NCBI RefSeq assembly: GCF_001194135.2
Contig: NC_068992.1
Span: 52,335,287 to 52,399,286 of the forward strand
Length of the DNA: 64,000 nucleotides
DNA from: Octopus bimaculoides
Lineage: Eukaryota
Direction: 5' to 3'
Part shown: piece after piece, positions 12,300 through 25,784 of the stretch
How positions within the stretch are numbered: the first letter of the stretch is position 1
Layout: every line of letters starts with the position of its first letter
Position numbers and translations under genes: made by a program
Notes under the pieces: generated by a model
The model's input: only the letters and a program-made list of their open reading frames with translations
The model's database searches: none
What the model was told of the DNA's origin: nothing

Positions 12300-13400
12300 A
12301 TAAAAAAAATATTGTTTAACGTTCAATGCTACTGCGGTTTTGTACAATTTTCAGACTGAAGAAGATTTCCCTCAGAGTGAAATTCTTTGTATTATCAATC
12401 ACTTTGATTTCTCCTTAACAACATTTTGATTCCTCTTTAATCTATTTTGTATCCTCAGTTTATTCTGGATTTCAGACATGATACTCAGAGGAGTGTGTAT
12501 TTATTTAGCAAGATTCATGATACGAAGTTCTGTATTGAAACAGATAGTGTTATATTTAGGGGATGATGGTTTTCTTTTTTAAATGACCATTTCCAAATTT
12601 AACAATAACATTAGATCAACCAATCAGAATAAAGATAGGGTATCAGTGCAGAAGTAAACTGTTTACAAATGTCTGCTCAAGGATTGCCTTATTTTAAGTG
12701 TTGTTTTGAGTAGATTTCGCAACGTTTTTGGCCATGAAGCTCATCCCATCCAGACACATCTATGGAGTAAAAACAAATATGTACAAAGTTTTGCAAAAGA
12801 AAATGCATTGCAAATTTCAGATTCTGATATAGACCAATGAGAATTCGATCAAACATATCCAGAGGAAGACTTGAAGTCAATTCAAGATGAAAGATTTTGT
12901 GGTAAGTGATAATGATAGATCTCAAATGAGGAGGCACAATTCTCATTCAGCAATCAGCAGTAGTGATCATGTAATATGGATATTAGATACACAGATTAAC
13001 AATTCCAGATATCCAAATTTTTTTGTTGTTTCTGTAAAATATTTTTTTATTCAACTGCTTTTTATTTGTGAAATTTGTTTTGTTATATTTCCCGGGTTTA
13101 GAGAGCAGATACCAATTCTAGTTATCTTCCCATGTTCAGGAACGATATTGTGATCACAGAGAATCGACTCTTTTATTTTTCATTCAACAGAATATCATAC
13201 TTTCTTGGCCATACTTTCACATCAGCATTTATTGATTCCCACCTGTCCATTGCCAAGAAACTTTCCTATCTAACTTTTGTTTCTTTCTTATACATCATTC
13301 ATTCTCTTAGTACCTCTGTCAGTAGCTTTCTTCCTTATAAATAACATTTCATCAATTATTGTCTGCCAAGAAAGAGATTAATTCTAAGAATTTTGTTAAT
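12300..13400 (-). mobile_element. Heavily decayed piggyBac (PGBD4-like) transposase remnant
   Basis: Frameshifted minus-strand motifs KSFIL..KSSSGYV* (~12850-12900) and RHL*TVYFCTDTLSLF (~12630-12680). These resemble GIKSFxLCDSxSGYVW and RHLYxDNFYTSxxLF. Confidence 0.5.
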
Positions 13401-13845
13401 GGCTGAATTCTCCACATTTAAATATGTTATTTTCTTCATATATCTAGTCAAACGTATAACTTCACAGTTTATCACTCTTCCATTGTAGTTTGTTTTAACA
13501 GTTTATTACAGCTTTAATAGTTTCATCAGACTTTATATTTGAACTTCGATTTCATTAAAATTATTTGTGATTATTTGTTTTTGCTCAAGTGTTGTTTACC
13601 TTCTTCTCTGTTAAAATATTTGTATTGTTTTTTTTTTTATAATATCAATTGATTTTATTTTTTATGCAAGTAACATCAATCCTATTGCTTTCACCATAAT
13701 ACATTTAATATAAACTATCACTGCACATTTGTTCACACCATAACATGGCAAAACTTCTTCAAGCTGAAATTGTATTTTCTGATACATTTTCTGATTGCCA
13801 TTGAACTGGGGTTCTTTGCAATCTTCCATTTACAATTCTCTAAAC

Positions 13846-14570
13846 TAGTGGTTTCCAAATTTTTGTATGCCCCACACCCCAAGGAAATATTTGATTAATT
13901 TTCACAGCTCCAACAAAAGTAATATTACATTTGAAGATGAAATAGTTAATTTCCTGATAACTAAGCTTATTTTTTTTAAAAATTGAACCACATACAGTTA
14001 CTTGGATGAACAAACTGAAGTAAAAAATAAACATTTGACTCAGTGCATGAAATGTAATGTAAACTGAGAAATCAGAAATATATAAATAGTGGCAACAATC
14101 ACAATTGTGAACGAAATGACTTCTTTTTTTTTCTGTTTCTCATTCATAACTTTATTAAAATGTGGAACTTTTTTGCTGATTGAAATATACAAGTTTGCCA
14201 ATGGATTTAGGCAATTCTTACATTTTTGACTTGATCTACAAAAGGAAACCAAATTCATATTTACACAAATATGTCATTACAAATAGAATGAAGACACAGA
14301 GTGCATTTTCAACAAATCTTGGGAACACATCCAGTGTTGAACAACAAACTTTCTTTTAATCTTGCGTTTGGATTATAATTCAAGAGCTTGACTTGACCTT
14401 GAATACATAGACTTTTCTTTCAGCTCACAATCTCCTGACTTTTTCTCTAAATTGTAGGAAATTGTTTATAGATTTATGATCAATTTTTCTGAAATCCTCA
14501 TGACTCCAGTTGCAAACTATCTTTGAAACAATTTCAACATCATTTCCATGTGAAATACAGTTTTTTCATG
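13846..14570 (-). mobile_element. hAT Charlie/Buster-like transposon, 3' remnant
   Basis: Terminus TAGTGGTTTCCAAA preceded by CTCTAAAC (Charlie-like TSD pattern). Minus strand FPRFVENALCVFILFVMTYLCKYEFGFLL*IKSK resembles the hAT dimerization domain. Confidence 0.7.
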
Positions 14571-17454
14571 TACTGCATGAATTTATGAATCCAGATCCAT
14601 TCCTTCTGATCATCACCCCCTTCCTCATTATCTTCATTATCTTAATCACTCTCCTTTTATCTTTGCTGACATAAGTGGGATGAAGCATCATGGCTTGAGT
14701 GCTTTATTACTAAGTACAAAGATTACCTGTAATTTCAATATTCCACAAAAGTTTAATTTCTTTTCATAGTTAAAAGAAGTATGTCAATATTTTTCTAATA
14801 ACAATAAAAAAAAAATTTTGGTAAGGAAAAGCAAAACCTAATGCTTCCATTCCAGATCTTCCCAAAATGATTTGAAGACATGGTGGTTCAAAGCACCACT
14901 CCTAATTCATTTGATCTTCACACAAGTATGAAGAACTTTTCTCTACACATGGAGCCAATGTTTTTGAAGTCAAAACATGCTGATAAAGAAAATGATGTGT
15001 AGCTTCGATATTTGGAATCTCATTTTTTTATCATTGCAGAAAAAACAAATAGTAATTTAAATTTACAGTTATAGAACAATGAAGTTATTTATGTGATTCA
15101 TTGAATAAAAGAGTTATTTTATCAAATTAGATTTAGTCAATAATTTTTTTTCAAAAAGTGATATTACGAAAATATATACTTTTCTCTTTTGTGACACCTC
15201 CTTCAAGAGGTGCATCCTCACATCATATGATGGGAAATTTTGCTTTGTACTCTGGGAACGTTTTAGCTTTTTGATTTTCACCTTTACGTTCTTCCACTAA
15301 GCACAGTATGGTTGAATACTTAAGAGATTCTCTCCACAACTACAAAGTATAGGGTTTGATTGCATTGTTTGGCATCTTTGGCAAATGTAATTTTCTGAAT
15401 CCTCAGCTTGTGAGTGAAACTGGATAAATGGAAACTGTATTGAAGCCTATTAGACTGATTGTACACATAATTCATAAAATATAGCTTGTCACACACTTTG
15501 TCATGCTGAAAGATGGTGATCAACCACCCTTGTTTCTCCTTCTTTAAAAAAAAAAAAAGATTTTTTCTTCCTAAATAGGAAGCCTATGCTGAATCATTTA
15601 TAAATTTAGAGAGAGACATCTCTGTAAAGTTCTACTGATAAGAAAATAGCAAACAAATCTTCTTCAAATCAAATTACTTTGACTTAATGTTTGTATATGT
15701 GGTCTGATCCACGTGTCTAAAAGAAACAGTGGTCATAGCTGCAACACCTTTGATTGTAGGTCAACAGTTTCAGATCTAATTAAGGCTTAATTGCTGACAA
15801 ACTGGATGTTATTCTATTTAGGCTTTCACAGAGTTTAGCATGTTGAATTTACAATTTAAAAGAACATTTTTTTTTATGTAATCGTATTATTTATTAATTG
15901 GTTTGTTTATTCAACTTATTTCTTTAATTCGTTTGCTGTATTTTCATTTTTATATATCAAGTAATTTATCATAGCTGGTAGACCTCATGCACTGGCTGTT
16001 ATTGTTTGTAACAATCCGAAACCGATATGTAAATCCTAACACCAACCCAACGCTAACCAGTTCAGAAAAGTAGTCAGAATGATTCATGAATGATATGCTG
16101 TATAATATGCACGTTTCTATGCAATAAATATGTTTTCATGTGTTCCCATTCTTTAAATTGTGAATTTAGAATGCTGAATGCTGAGATCGTCCATATTTAA
16201 TGGCAGTAGCATTAAAAAGTTATGTAAGAATAGATATGGGCTCAGAATATAAAAAAAATATATATCATAAAAAATTCAGTGAGAAATATATTTGTTTCTG
16301 GCAAATCTGAGAGACAACTCTGAACATGTTTTGACCATTTTGAAAAATAGTATTGATTTTATTAGGGAGCATGACTGGAACTGCAAACTTAATGACAGAA
16401 TTGTGGTAAAAGAAATTCACCTTTACCCGGAAGAAATCATTCATCATTGTTCAGATGTTTTCAGGGTGCTGCAATATTTTTGACAGATCAGAAATTTCTC
16501 CCCTGTATGAAAGAATGGCTGTTTGAATGAAATATCTACGAAAAGAAAATATAGAATATTGAATGAAATATGTACTGAAAAAAATATATTGAATGCAATT
16601 CCATAAAATATGTACTTGAATGAAAAATCATTTATGAACGAAGAATGAAATATGAAATGAAAAGAAAAAAAAATGATAGAATAGAAAGAGTAAGACATAT
16701 TTATGCTCCAACAAGTAGGAAAAGTGTTAAAAGGGAATCAAGAGTTAAAGAAAACAGAAGAAAGCAAATAATGTGCAACACTGATATATAATTGAAGACA
16801 TAGTGCTGGGTAGAATGAGAAAAAAATACTCAATAAGTTGAAGGATATGAACGGATGAATGTAAGTGAAGCAACGCAATTGGAAGCGTGGATTGAATGAA
16901 AGAATATTTCTTATGTTCCTGGACATGTTCTGTTTAATGTCAAGACATGCCAAAAATATTCATACCATATTAGATGGAATCTTATAAAAACTGCAAACAT
17001 TGTTAATCATTCAGGTAAGTTCAACAGCATTTATATGTTTCTTGTCTTCAACATCCTCCTCCTTATCGACATCGTTTTAAGGTCTATTTTCTATGCTTGC
17101 CTGGGTTTGATAAAATTCATTGAGGCAGATTTTTTATGGCTGTATGCCCTTCCTGTTGCCAACACTCATTTACTTCCAAGTAAAGTAATATTTCACCATT
17201 ACTAGAAAATTGGAAATAAATGACACCGCTTTTACAAAAATATTGCATGTTTACAATTAAGATGTAATGGCAAGGCAAGGAAGTTCGCACACACACACAC
17301 ACATACATACATACACAAATACAACACACACACACACTGACAGACAATGACATGCATATAACAATCAGCGTTATCAACATAATTGCCTCCTCCTCCACCT
17401 TGTCATTATCAACATCATCATCATCATCATCATTTTAATATCTACATTTCCATG

Positions 17455-17534
17455 CTTGTCTGGCTCCGTGCTTTTACGTGCCACCGGCACAAGGGCCAGT
17501 CACACAGTACTGGCAACGGCCACGCTCAAAAATG

Positions 17535-17566
<32 letters not shown>

Positions 17567-17826
17567 TATGTATGGCACCTGTGCCGGTGGCACATAAAAA
17601 GCACTATTCGAGCATGGTCGATGCCAGTGCCATTTGACTAGTTCTCATGCTGGTAGCATGTAAAAGGCACCCACTACATTCTCTGGCGTTAGGGAGGTCA
17701 TCCAACTGTAGAAACCTTGCCAGATGAGATTGGAGCCTGGTACAGCCTTCTGGCTTGCCAGTACTCAGTCAAACAGTGCAACACATGCCAGCACGGAAAG
17801 CTGACATTAAACAATGGTGATGATGA
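17455..17826. mobile_element. Two RTE-like 3' UTR pieces in opposite orientation around (TA)n
   Basis: 17455-17530 matches the minus strand and 17570-17826 the plus strand of the family at 19600-20285. Confidence 0.75.
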
Positions 17827-17838
17827 TAATGATTATGG

Positions 17839-17872
<34 letters not shown>

Positions 17873-18318
17873 AGTACCATTGCAGAAATTCGTATCTTAC
17901 AATTTTTTTGCTACACTATCTCCACAAATGTAAGTGTTGGTAGGTCTGCTAATTAATTTTCTCTTTCCTAATTTGTGAAGTATGACAATATTTCAGACCG
18001 TAAGCATGAGCCTTCAATATGATATAAAGTTTCCGAAGAAAATATAGCAAAAATTCTGAAGCTGTCTTCACATTCATCAACAGAAATTTATATTGGTCAT
18101 CAATCTGTATTTCTTTTTTTTATTTTGTCATGTATTTGAAATATGCTTTGGCTTTTTAATATTTCATTCATTTTATAAGGTTAAACCTACGTGACTTCCT
18201 AATTAAGATGCATATGATGTTTTATACAGGCATAAATAGACACGCACGCACACACATATACACGTACATATAGACATATCAAATATTAAGTTTACATATT
18301 GTTTCACAGTATTTAACA

Positions 18319-18365
<47 letters not shown>

Positions 18366-19599
18366 NNNNNNNNNNNNNNNNNNNNNNNNNNNNNNNNNNN
18401 NNNNNNNNNNNNNNNNNNNNNNNNNNNNNNNNNNNNNNNNNNNNNNNNNNNNNNNNNNNNNNNNNNNNNNNNNNNNNNNNNNNNNNNNNNNNNNNNNNNN
18501 NNNNNNNNNNNNNNNNNNNNNNNNNNNNNNNNNNNNNNNNNNNNNNNNNNNNNNNNNNNNNNNNNNNNNNNNNNNNNNNNNNNNNNNNNNNNNNNNNNNN
18601 NNNNNNNNNNNNNNNNNNNNNNNNNNNNNNNNNNNNNNNNNNNNNNNNNNNNNNNNNNNNNNNNNNNNNNNNNNNNNNNNNNNNNNNNNNNNNNNNNNNN
18701 NNNNNNNNNNNNNNNNNNNNNNNNNNNNNNNNNNNNNNNNNNNNNNNNNNNNNNNNNNNNNNNNNNNNNNNNNNNNNNNNNNNNNNNNNNNNNNNNNNNN
18801 NNNNNNNNNNNNNNNNNNNNNNNNNNNNNNNNNNNTATATATATTTATATTTACACAGGTATATGTATATGCATATATATATGCATGTATGTATACACAC
18901 ACACACACACATACACACACACATACACACACACATACACACACACACACATACATCAGCTCTCTTTTATATTGTTTTCCATCTATAATTGACTGGTGAT
19001 TTCTTATCTCTGTTTTCAGTTTTTGTTGACAATTTTGTTACGCAGCTTTTGATAGACAGGTTTACTAATAAAAGTTTGTATTATATTTAATATCAACATG
19101 GGTGTTATTTATTCCTGTAATGAGATATTCTCCTTGGTTATGTTATGAAAATATTACATTATGAAAATAGCATTTATAAAATTATATTTTATAACATCAT
19201 CTTGTAGTGTTTTAGAATTGTTATTTTTTCATTTTCAATTTTGTTCTTTCTCAGACTTCATATATTCTTTCTTTGGTGCTATTATGCAAAGTATAATTGC
19301 AGGACCTGATATTCTGGTTCCTTCCCAGCAAATGCTTTTCTTGCAAAATGTTACCCAGAAAAAATTTTAAATGGATATTTATATTTGCTGCATTGATATT
19401 AGTTTTAATGTCATGTAGGGACATCGTATTTCGTTACGCAACCATTATATACCACAAACTATATTAAACATCTTTAAAAGTCGATACCATGTTCTACTGT
19501 GTTAGCAGTGCTCTTACATCACTTGTTAAGATTATCTCTGCAGATTTTCTATACAAATTACAGCCAGCACTGATTTTGTAATAACATTTGAAATTTGAA

Positions 19600-20285
19600 A
19601 TCTGAAATTGAAATCGAACTGAATCCGACGACTGGCATCCCTGCCAACCTCTCTTTCATTGGACACTAAACTCTGCTTGCAAAGACCTGTTGGGGCAAGT
19701 GAAATTGTAATTGAACCATACTCGATGACTGGCACCTGCGCCAGTGGAGCACTAGCAGCACTGTCCGAGTGTGTTCAATGCTAGAGCAGCTGTCTGGCTT
19801 CTGTGTTAGTGGCCCATAAATAGCACCATTTGAGAGTAATCGTTACCAGCGTCACCTTCTAGCACTTGTGCTGGTGGCACGTTAGAAAATCATTCAAGTG
19901 AGGTCGTTGTCAGTGCCGCTTGACTGGCTCCCGTGCAGGTGGCACGTAAAAAGCACCTTTTTGAGTGTGACCGTTGCCAGTACCATGTGACTGGCCCTCG
20001 TGCCAGTGGCACATAAAAGCACCCACTACATTCTTGGAGTTGTTGGCATTAGGAAGGGCATCCAGCTGCAGAAACTCTGCCACATCAGATTGGAGCCTGG
20101 TGCAGCNNNNNNNNNNTACATTCTTGGAGTTGTTGGCATTAGGAAGGGCATCCAGCTGCAGAAACTCTGCCACATCAGATTGGAGCCTGGTGCAGCCTTC
20201 TGGCTTGCCAGTCCTCAGTCAAATCGCCCAACCCTTGCTAGCATGGAAAGCAGACGTTAAACGATGATGATGATGATGATGATGA
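19600..20285 (+). mobile_element. RTE-like LINE 3' UTR copy with internal repeat array and (GAT)n tail
   Basis: Repeated GTGCC/GGTGGCACGTAAAAAGCACC units, then AGGAAGGGCATCCAGCTG...GCTAGCATGGAAAGCAGACGTTAAACGATGATGAT. Confidence 0.85.
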
Positions 20286-20514
20286 TTTCATATCTGAGAT
20301 GCTAGATGTAAAGAACTGTGAGATTGAAGATGAAAAATGGGTAATGGGCGTATATGACAGACTTCAAGGGTTTTTTCCTCTTTTATCAGTACCCATCATC
20401 GCACACCATAAACATGAATGCACACACAAACATGAACACAGACACACAAATGCACACATACACAGAGACATGCACACACTCACAAACACACACACAAACA
20501 CACACACACACACT

Positions 20515-20920
20515 TGATGATGATGATGATGATGATGACGATGATGACAACAATGATGATGATGATGATGATGTTGACAATAATGACAATGACGATGATG
20601 ATGGTGATGATGATGGCTCATTAATGAATTTTGTGGTGTGCAATGATGACGAAGATGATGACGACGACGATAATGACGCTGATGACGACGATGATGACGA
20701 CAATGACAATGATGATGATGATGACGATGGTGAAGTTGATGATGATGATGATGACGACAATGATGTTGATGACAATGATGACGGTGATGATGATGGTAAT
20801 TATGATGAAGATGATGATCATGACAATGATGATGATGAGGACGATCATGCTGACAATGATGTGATGATGATGATGATGAAGACAATGGCGATGATGATGA
20901 TGATGATGATGATGATAACA
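20515..20920. repeat. Compound (GAT/GAC/AAT)n trinucleotide tract
   Basis: Visible directly. Explains the poly-Asp, poly-His and poly-Ser ORFs. Confidence 0.95.
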
Positions 20921-22429
20921 TAGACAAAATTTTATACCACTACATTATATACATACATAAATGAATGTTGAGATAGTTCTTTCACTAAATGGTACTTACT
21001 GTATTTGCTCACAGTTAGCAGGAATACGATGATGTCTTTTATTAGAATAAATCATTGAAGAAGTAATGAAATATGAACTCATGATCCTTCAATATGATAT
21101 GTTGTTTTAACTTGGGGCAATTGCATTCCATTATGTTTTCCATAACTCATTCTTTTGATATCAGTGCCATTACTTGGAAGAAATTTGGTAAGTACTCATT
21201 ATCCCACTTGTCGTTATTGTTGTTGTCGTTTTTGCAGGTAGATGTGGTGATTGCTGCAGTGGAGCTGGCGATGGTGACGGCAAATGCTGCTCGTCGCCAT
21301 CATGGTGATAATGATAACGATTATGGTAGATTATGGTAGTTCCAAGCAGCATCCATTTCCTGTGTTTATATGGAGATGATGGAGAGGCAGGTATATTCCT
21401 AGCGAAGCACGGATTGGCAGTGGATGGTTAATTTTACGAACCAGTTGCTTCATTCCTAACAACCATCTCAGTTAGACATTCACATAAATAAACTCAAAAA
21501 TAGAAGCAAACAAACAGTAAATGAGATATTTTACAGTATTTATTTCAAGAGAAATATCAGGAATAACGTTCTGTAATATTCTGATTTATTACCTCGAAAA
21601 TATTTATTATGCAATAAAGGAATATGAAATATAATTTCCAATGATGATATCAAAGTCACTTTGCCATGGCTTCGCACAATAAGTGTGTTGTTAAATTAAT
21701 GGTAAGGTTCTCTGGGATTTGGTGAATCTGGCAATGAAGAATGATATAGCTTTTATTAAAGTAAGAATAAAGGGTATTACTATTTCAAGGAAAGGAACAG
21801 GAAGATATTGTCGAGCTTCTTGGCAGATCTTTGCACCAAAGTCCTAAGCATTTGAATGAATAAATTTAGAGCTGCTAATTTCCATCATATTAATGTATTA
21901 AAATTTGATATACATGCTCCATGATACATGTGGTGAAGGTGAGTGGCTTAGTGATTAGGGTGTTGCACTCGTGATCATAAGATTGTGGTTTCAATTCCTG
22001 GAGTGGGTGATGTGTTGCTTCCTTGAGTAGCACATTTCATTTCATGTTACTCCAGTTCACAGTAATGGCAAAAATGATTTATTGAGATCGCATGGTTCAC
22101 TAGTTTCTCATTCTGTATGCCATTTGAGAAATGCTGTAAGGGTTATATACATTAAGTTGTGCAACAATATATGTAAGCGAACTCATTTGTTTTTTGAAAG
22201 CATCAAATGTGTATCCTATTGTACAGACAAGAAAATAATATTTTAAACACAGTATAGCCATGATAACAACAGAAAGATTGGTTATTTACCCTTATATGAT
22301 GGAAAATTTTGCCAACAGACAACCATGGGACTTGAACCCGTACCTCTGAGATGCCAGTTTAGTGCTCTACCATTAAGTTAAACTGCCTGCTGATAACAAT
22401 CTCTGCCAAATTAAACAGTAAATACATAC

Positions 22430-22715
22430 TCTCGTTTACTTATTTCAGTCATTTGACTGTGGGCATGCTGGAGCACCGCTTTTAGTTGAGCAAATCGACC
22501 CCAGGACATATTCTTTGTAAGCCTAGTACTTATTCTATCGGTCTCTTTTGCTGAACTGCTAAGTTACGGGGATGTAAACACACCAGCATCGGTTGTCAAG
22601 CGATGGTCTGGGGGANNNNNNNNNNGCTGAACTGCTAAGTTACGGGGATGTAAACACACCAGCATCGGTTGTCAAGCGATGGTCTGGGGGACAAACACAG
22701 ACACACACATACATA
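22430..22715 (-). mobile_element. SINE family A 3' half (spans a 10-N gap)
   Basis: Reverse complement of ~49690-49865. Confidence 0.85.
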
Positions 22716-23199
22716 TACATTAAGTTGTGCAACAATATATGTAAGCGAACTCATTTGTTTTTTGAAAGCATCAAATGTGTATCCTATTGTACAGACAAGA
22801 AAATAATATTTTAAGCACAGTATAGCCATGATAACAACAGAAAGATTGGTTATTAACCCTTACAGCATTTCTCAAATGGCATACAGAATGAGAAACTAGT
22901 GAACCATGCGATCTCAATAAATCATTTTTGCCATTACTGTGAACTGGAGTAACATGAAATGAAATGTGCTACTCAAGGAAGCAACACATCACCCACTCCA
23001 GGAATTGCGCGAACTCTTGCTTAAAACCCTATAGCTATTAGATAACGTCTTAGTTTTTCAGTTTGAATTACGGAAAAANNNNNNNNNNTGTGGCTGGTAA
23101 GCAAGCTACTTACCACACAGCCACTCCTGTGCCTATTATTTTAAATGCAACAACATATGTAAACAAACAATTTTTTGTTTTTAGAAGTGTCGAATGTGC

Positions 23200-23392
23200 A
23201 TCGTATCACACAGACAAGAAAATAATATTGCGAATGCAGTAGAGCCATGAAAATATCAGAAGGATTTGGTAGTGGCTGTCTGTTGACAACTTTTCCATGA
23301 TATTAGTGTAAAATGCCCAATTTTTCTGCTGTATTCATGGCTATACTGCATCCGAAATATTACTTTCTGGTCGGTATGATACAATAAATAGT
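23200..23392. mobile_element. MITE with ~50-bp imperfect terminal inverted repeats
   Basis: GTATCACACAGACAAGAAAATAATATTGCGAATGCAGTAGAGCCATGAA versus the reverse complement of TTCATGGCTATACTGCATCCGAAATATTACTTTCTGGTCGGTATGATAC. A related arm occurs at ~22210-22265. Confidence 0.65.
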
Positions 23393-25104
23393 GTTCTGTG
23401 GAAGTTATCTTTTGACAAGCAGATGTAAAGCTTGCTGAAATGATGCAATGTATTAATGATCAATACAACATTAGATCAGCATCTGTCCAAGGTTAATGCT
23501 ACATTCCATGCTATTATCTCACTAAAGCTAAATCTTCTCAACAGATAGGAAGGATCGAAAAACCACATATATTACTTACCATGAACATGTGTTAGAGTTT
23601 AGAAAAGGTATATAGGATGATTCTTAAAGACTGGAATCATGACACATCTAAAAGTTCTAATCAGAGGTTAAACAGTAGAGGCAAGAATGGCGAGAAAATG
23701 GAAATTATATGTCACAATGAGATAAGATTTCCATTAGAAGCAACAAAAATCCACAATAGAGATTACAGAAAATAAATGATACTGTGGATATAACAAACAC
23801 TAGCCGAGTATCTAATCTGTAAATCTATCACTGAGTCCAGCTCAGTGTACCTGTTACTAATAAAAATGAGTTTCAGTAGCCCTTAAATACAAATAAATCT
23901 GTATAACATCTCTGTAACATTTGGGGATAAAGGCATTGAATCTTTGCTTGTAATGTGAGTTTAATATCAGCCTTAACAACCGGGGAAAAGTCTCCATGAG
24001 ATTGTTGCTTAAATTACTAGAAATAACAGCTAAATTTCTCCTGGATTACATTGCACCACCTTCAAAATTGACTCATTTGAATAATGTTGTCTGAGACACA
24101 CTGCCGAAAGAATAATCAAATGTCCCAAAAGGTCATTTTTAACAAACCTTACAGTTTGCATCCAGGTTTAAGAGACTGGTGCACCACATCACTTCATATT
24201 TTAAAATGGAACTAAAAGGGATGGAAACTGGAGGGAAATCATTAAAAAAAAGTAGTTAATATAGATGGATAAAAGATTGAAAAGAAACAATTTTTGACTG
24301 CAACAGCATGGGAGCATCTAGTCATGTGGGGGATCAATTTGATCATACATTGTACAATGCAATAGTACAGTGGATTCTCTGCTAGGTTCGCTGGTGAATA
24401 ATCTGTTAGGTCGGTTGGATGCTTAGATGACTAGTACATTGTAGCAAGCTAGTAAGAACAAGAGAGAGAGAGAGACAGACAGACAGACAAATTGACAGAC
24501 AGAGATGGAGGGAATGAGAGGGAGAAACTTATCTCATTAATGGACTGGTACATTATTTATTAATTCCAAAGGGATGAAAGCCAAGTGTGACCTTGCTGGG
24601 ATTTGACTTCAGAATACAGAATGTTAGAACAAACGTCATAACACATTCTGTCCAGTGGTATAACAACTGTTCCGCCAGTTTGTTCCTGTTAGTGTAATTA
24701 TAGATACATTACGTCTGAATAAATAATGGCATGATCTTGATTAGGTTGCCTTTGATCATTGCTCTACTTAATCAGCTTCGACCTTAGAAACAACAAGAAC
24801 ATAACTATAAAAGCAATGACAACAACAACAACAGCGTCATCATCAGCCATCCATCAAAACAAGAATGCAATATTTGATGATTGTATTTGCCAATCATGTG
24901 CAGAGAGAAATGAAACATTAACACCTGTCTTAGGACAGTATTTGTTTCTGGCATAAAATGGTAAATATGTTACGCAGGGTCTTCTTTGAAAGAATATTCT
25001 ACAATAAAAAGGAAAATCACACAAAAATGGTTAAATATGTGTGTGTGTGTAGGTGTGTGTACATGTGTGTGTTTGTGGTGAGGTGTTGGTGTTCATATAC
25101 TCTT

Positions 25105-25329
25105 TTAACTCTTTTACTTGTTTCAGTTATTTGACTGTGGCCATGCTGGAGTACCACCTTTAGTCGTGCAAATTGACCCCGGGACTTATTCTTTGTAAGC
25201 CTAGTACTTATTCTATCGGTTTCTTTTGCCGAACCGCTAAGTTACCGGGACGTAAACACACCAGCATTGGTTGTCAAGCGATGTTCGGGGGACAAACACA
25301 GACACACAAACATATACCTACATACATAT
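25105..25329 (-). mobile_element. SINE family A 3' half
   Basis: Reverse complement of the family A tail. Runs into an N gap. Confidence 0.85.
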
Positions 25330-25729
25330 NNNNNNNNNNNNNNNNNNNNNNNNNNNNNNNNNNNNNNNNNNNNNNNNNNNNNNNNNNNNNNNNNNNNNNN
25401 NNNNNNNNNNNNNNNNNNNNNNNNNNNNNNNNNNNNNNNNNNNNNNNNNNNNNNNNNNNNNNNNNNNNNNNNNNNNNNNNNNNNNNNNNNNNNNNNNNNN
25501 NNNNNNNNNNNNNNNNNNNNNNNNNNNNNNNNNNNNNNNNNNNNNNNNNNNNNNNNNNNNNNNNNNNNNNNNNNNNNNNNNNNNNNNNNNNNNNNNNNNN
25601 NNNNNNNNNNNNNNNNNNNNNNNNNNNNNNNNNNNNNNNNNNNNNNNNNNNNNNNNNNNNNNNNNNNNNNNNNNNNNNNNNNNNNNNNNNNNNNNNNNNN
25701 NNNNNNNNNNNNNNNNNNNNNNNNNNNNN

Positions 25730-25784
<55 letters not shown>

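Noticed and set aside
11540-14720. ~110-bp direct repeats at ~11540-11640 and ~14620-14720 as LTRs of a 3-kb element
   Set aside because: No TG..CA ends, PBS or gag/pol between them. The interval is filled by piggyBac and hAT remnants. On the minus strand the repeat reads like a C2H2-type LINE C-terminus (CNPCNRAVLSNK.LK.H), so two separate fragments of one family is more likely.
19750-20020. Repeat array as a CRISPR locus
   Set aside because: Eukaryotic context, degenerate units, no unique spacers or cas genes. It is the 3' UTR of an RTE LINE (see 56950-57635).
20030-20195. Exact short duplications flanking N gaps (also 22552-22690 and 56290-56755)
   Set aside because: Typical unmerged contig overlaps, not biology.
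20354-20923. Acidic poly-Asp ORF as a real (e.g. biomineralisation) protein
   Set aside because: It starts in CA repeats and is entirely a compound microsatellite, with no unique coding context. The same holds for 50453-50917 and 54637-55230.
23580-23660. Minus-strand exon ending at a strong ATG|GTAAGT donor
   Set aside because: All frames from the nearby acceptors contain stops.
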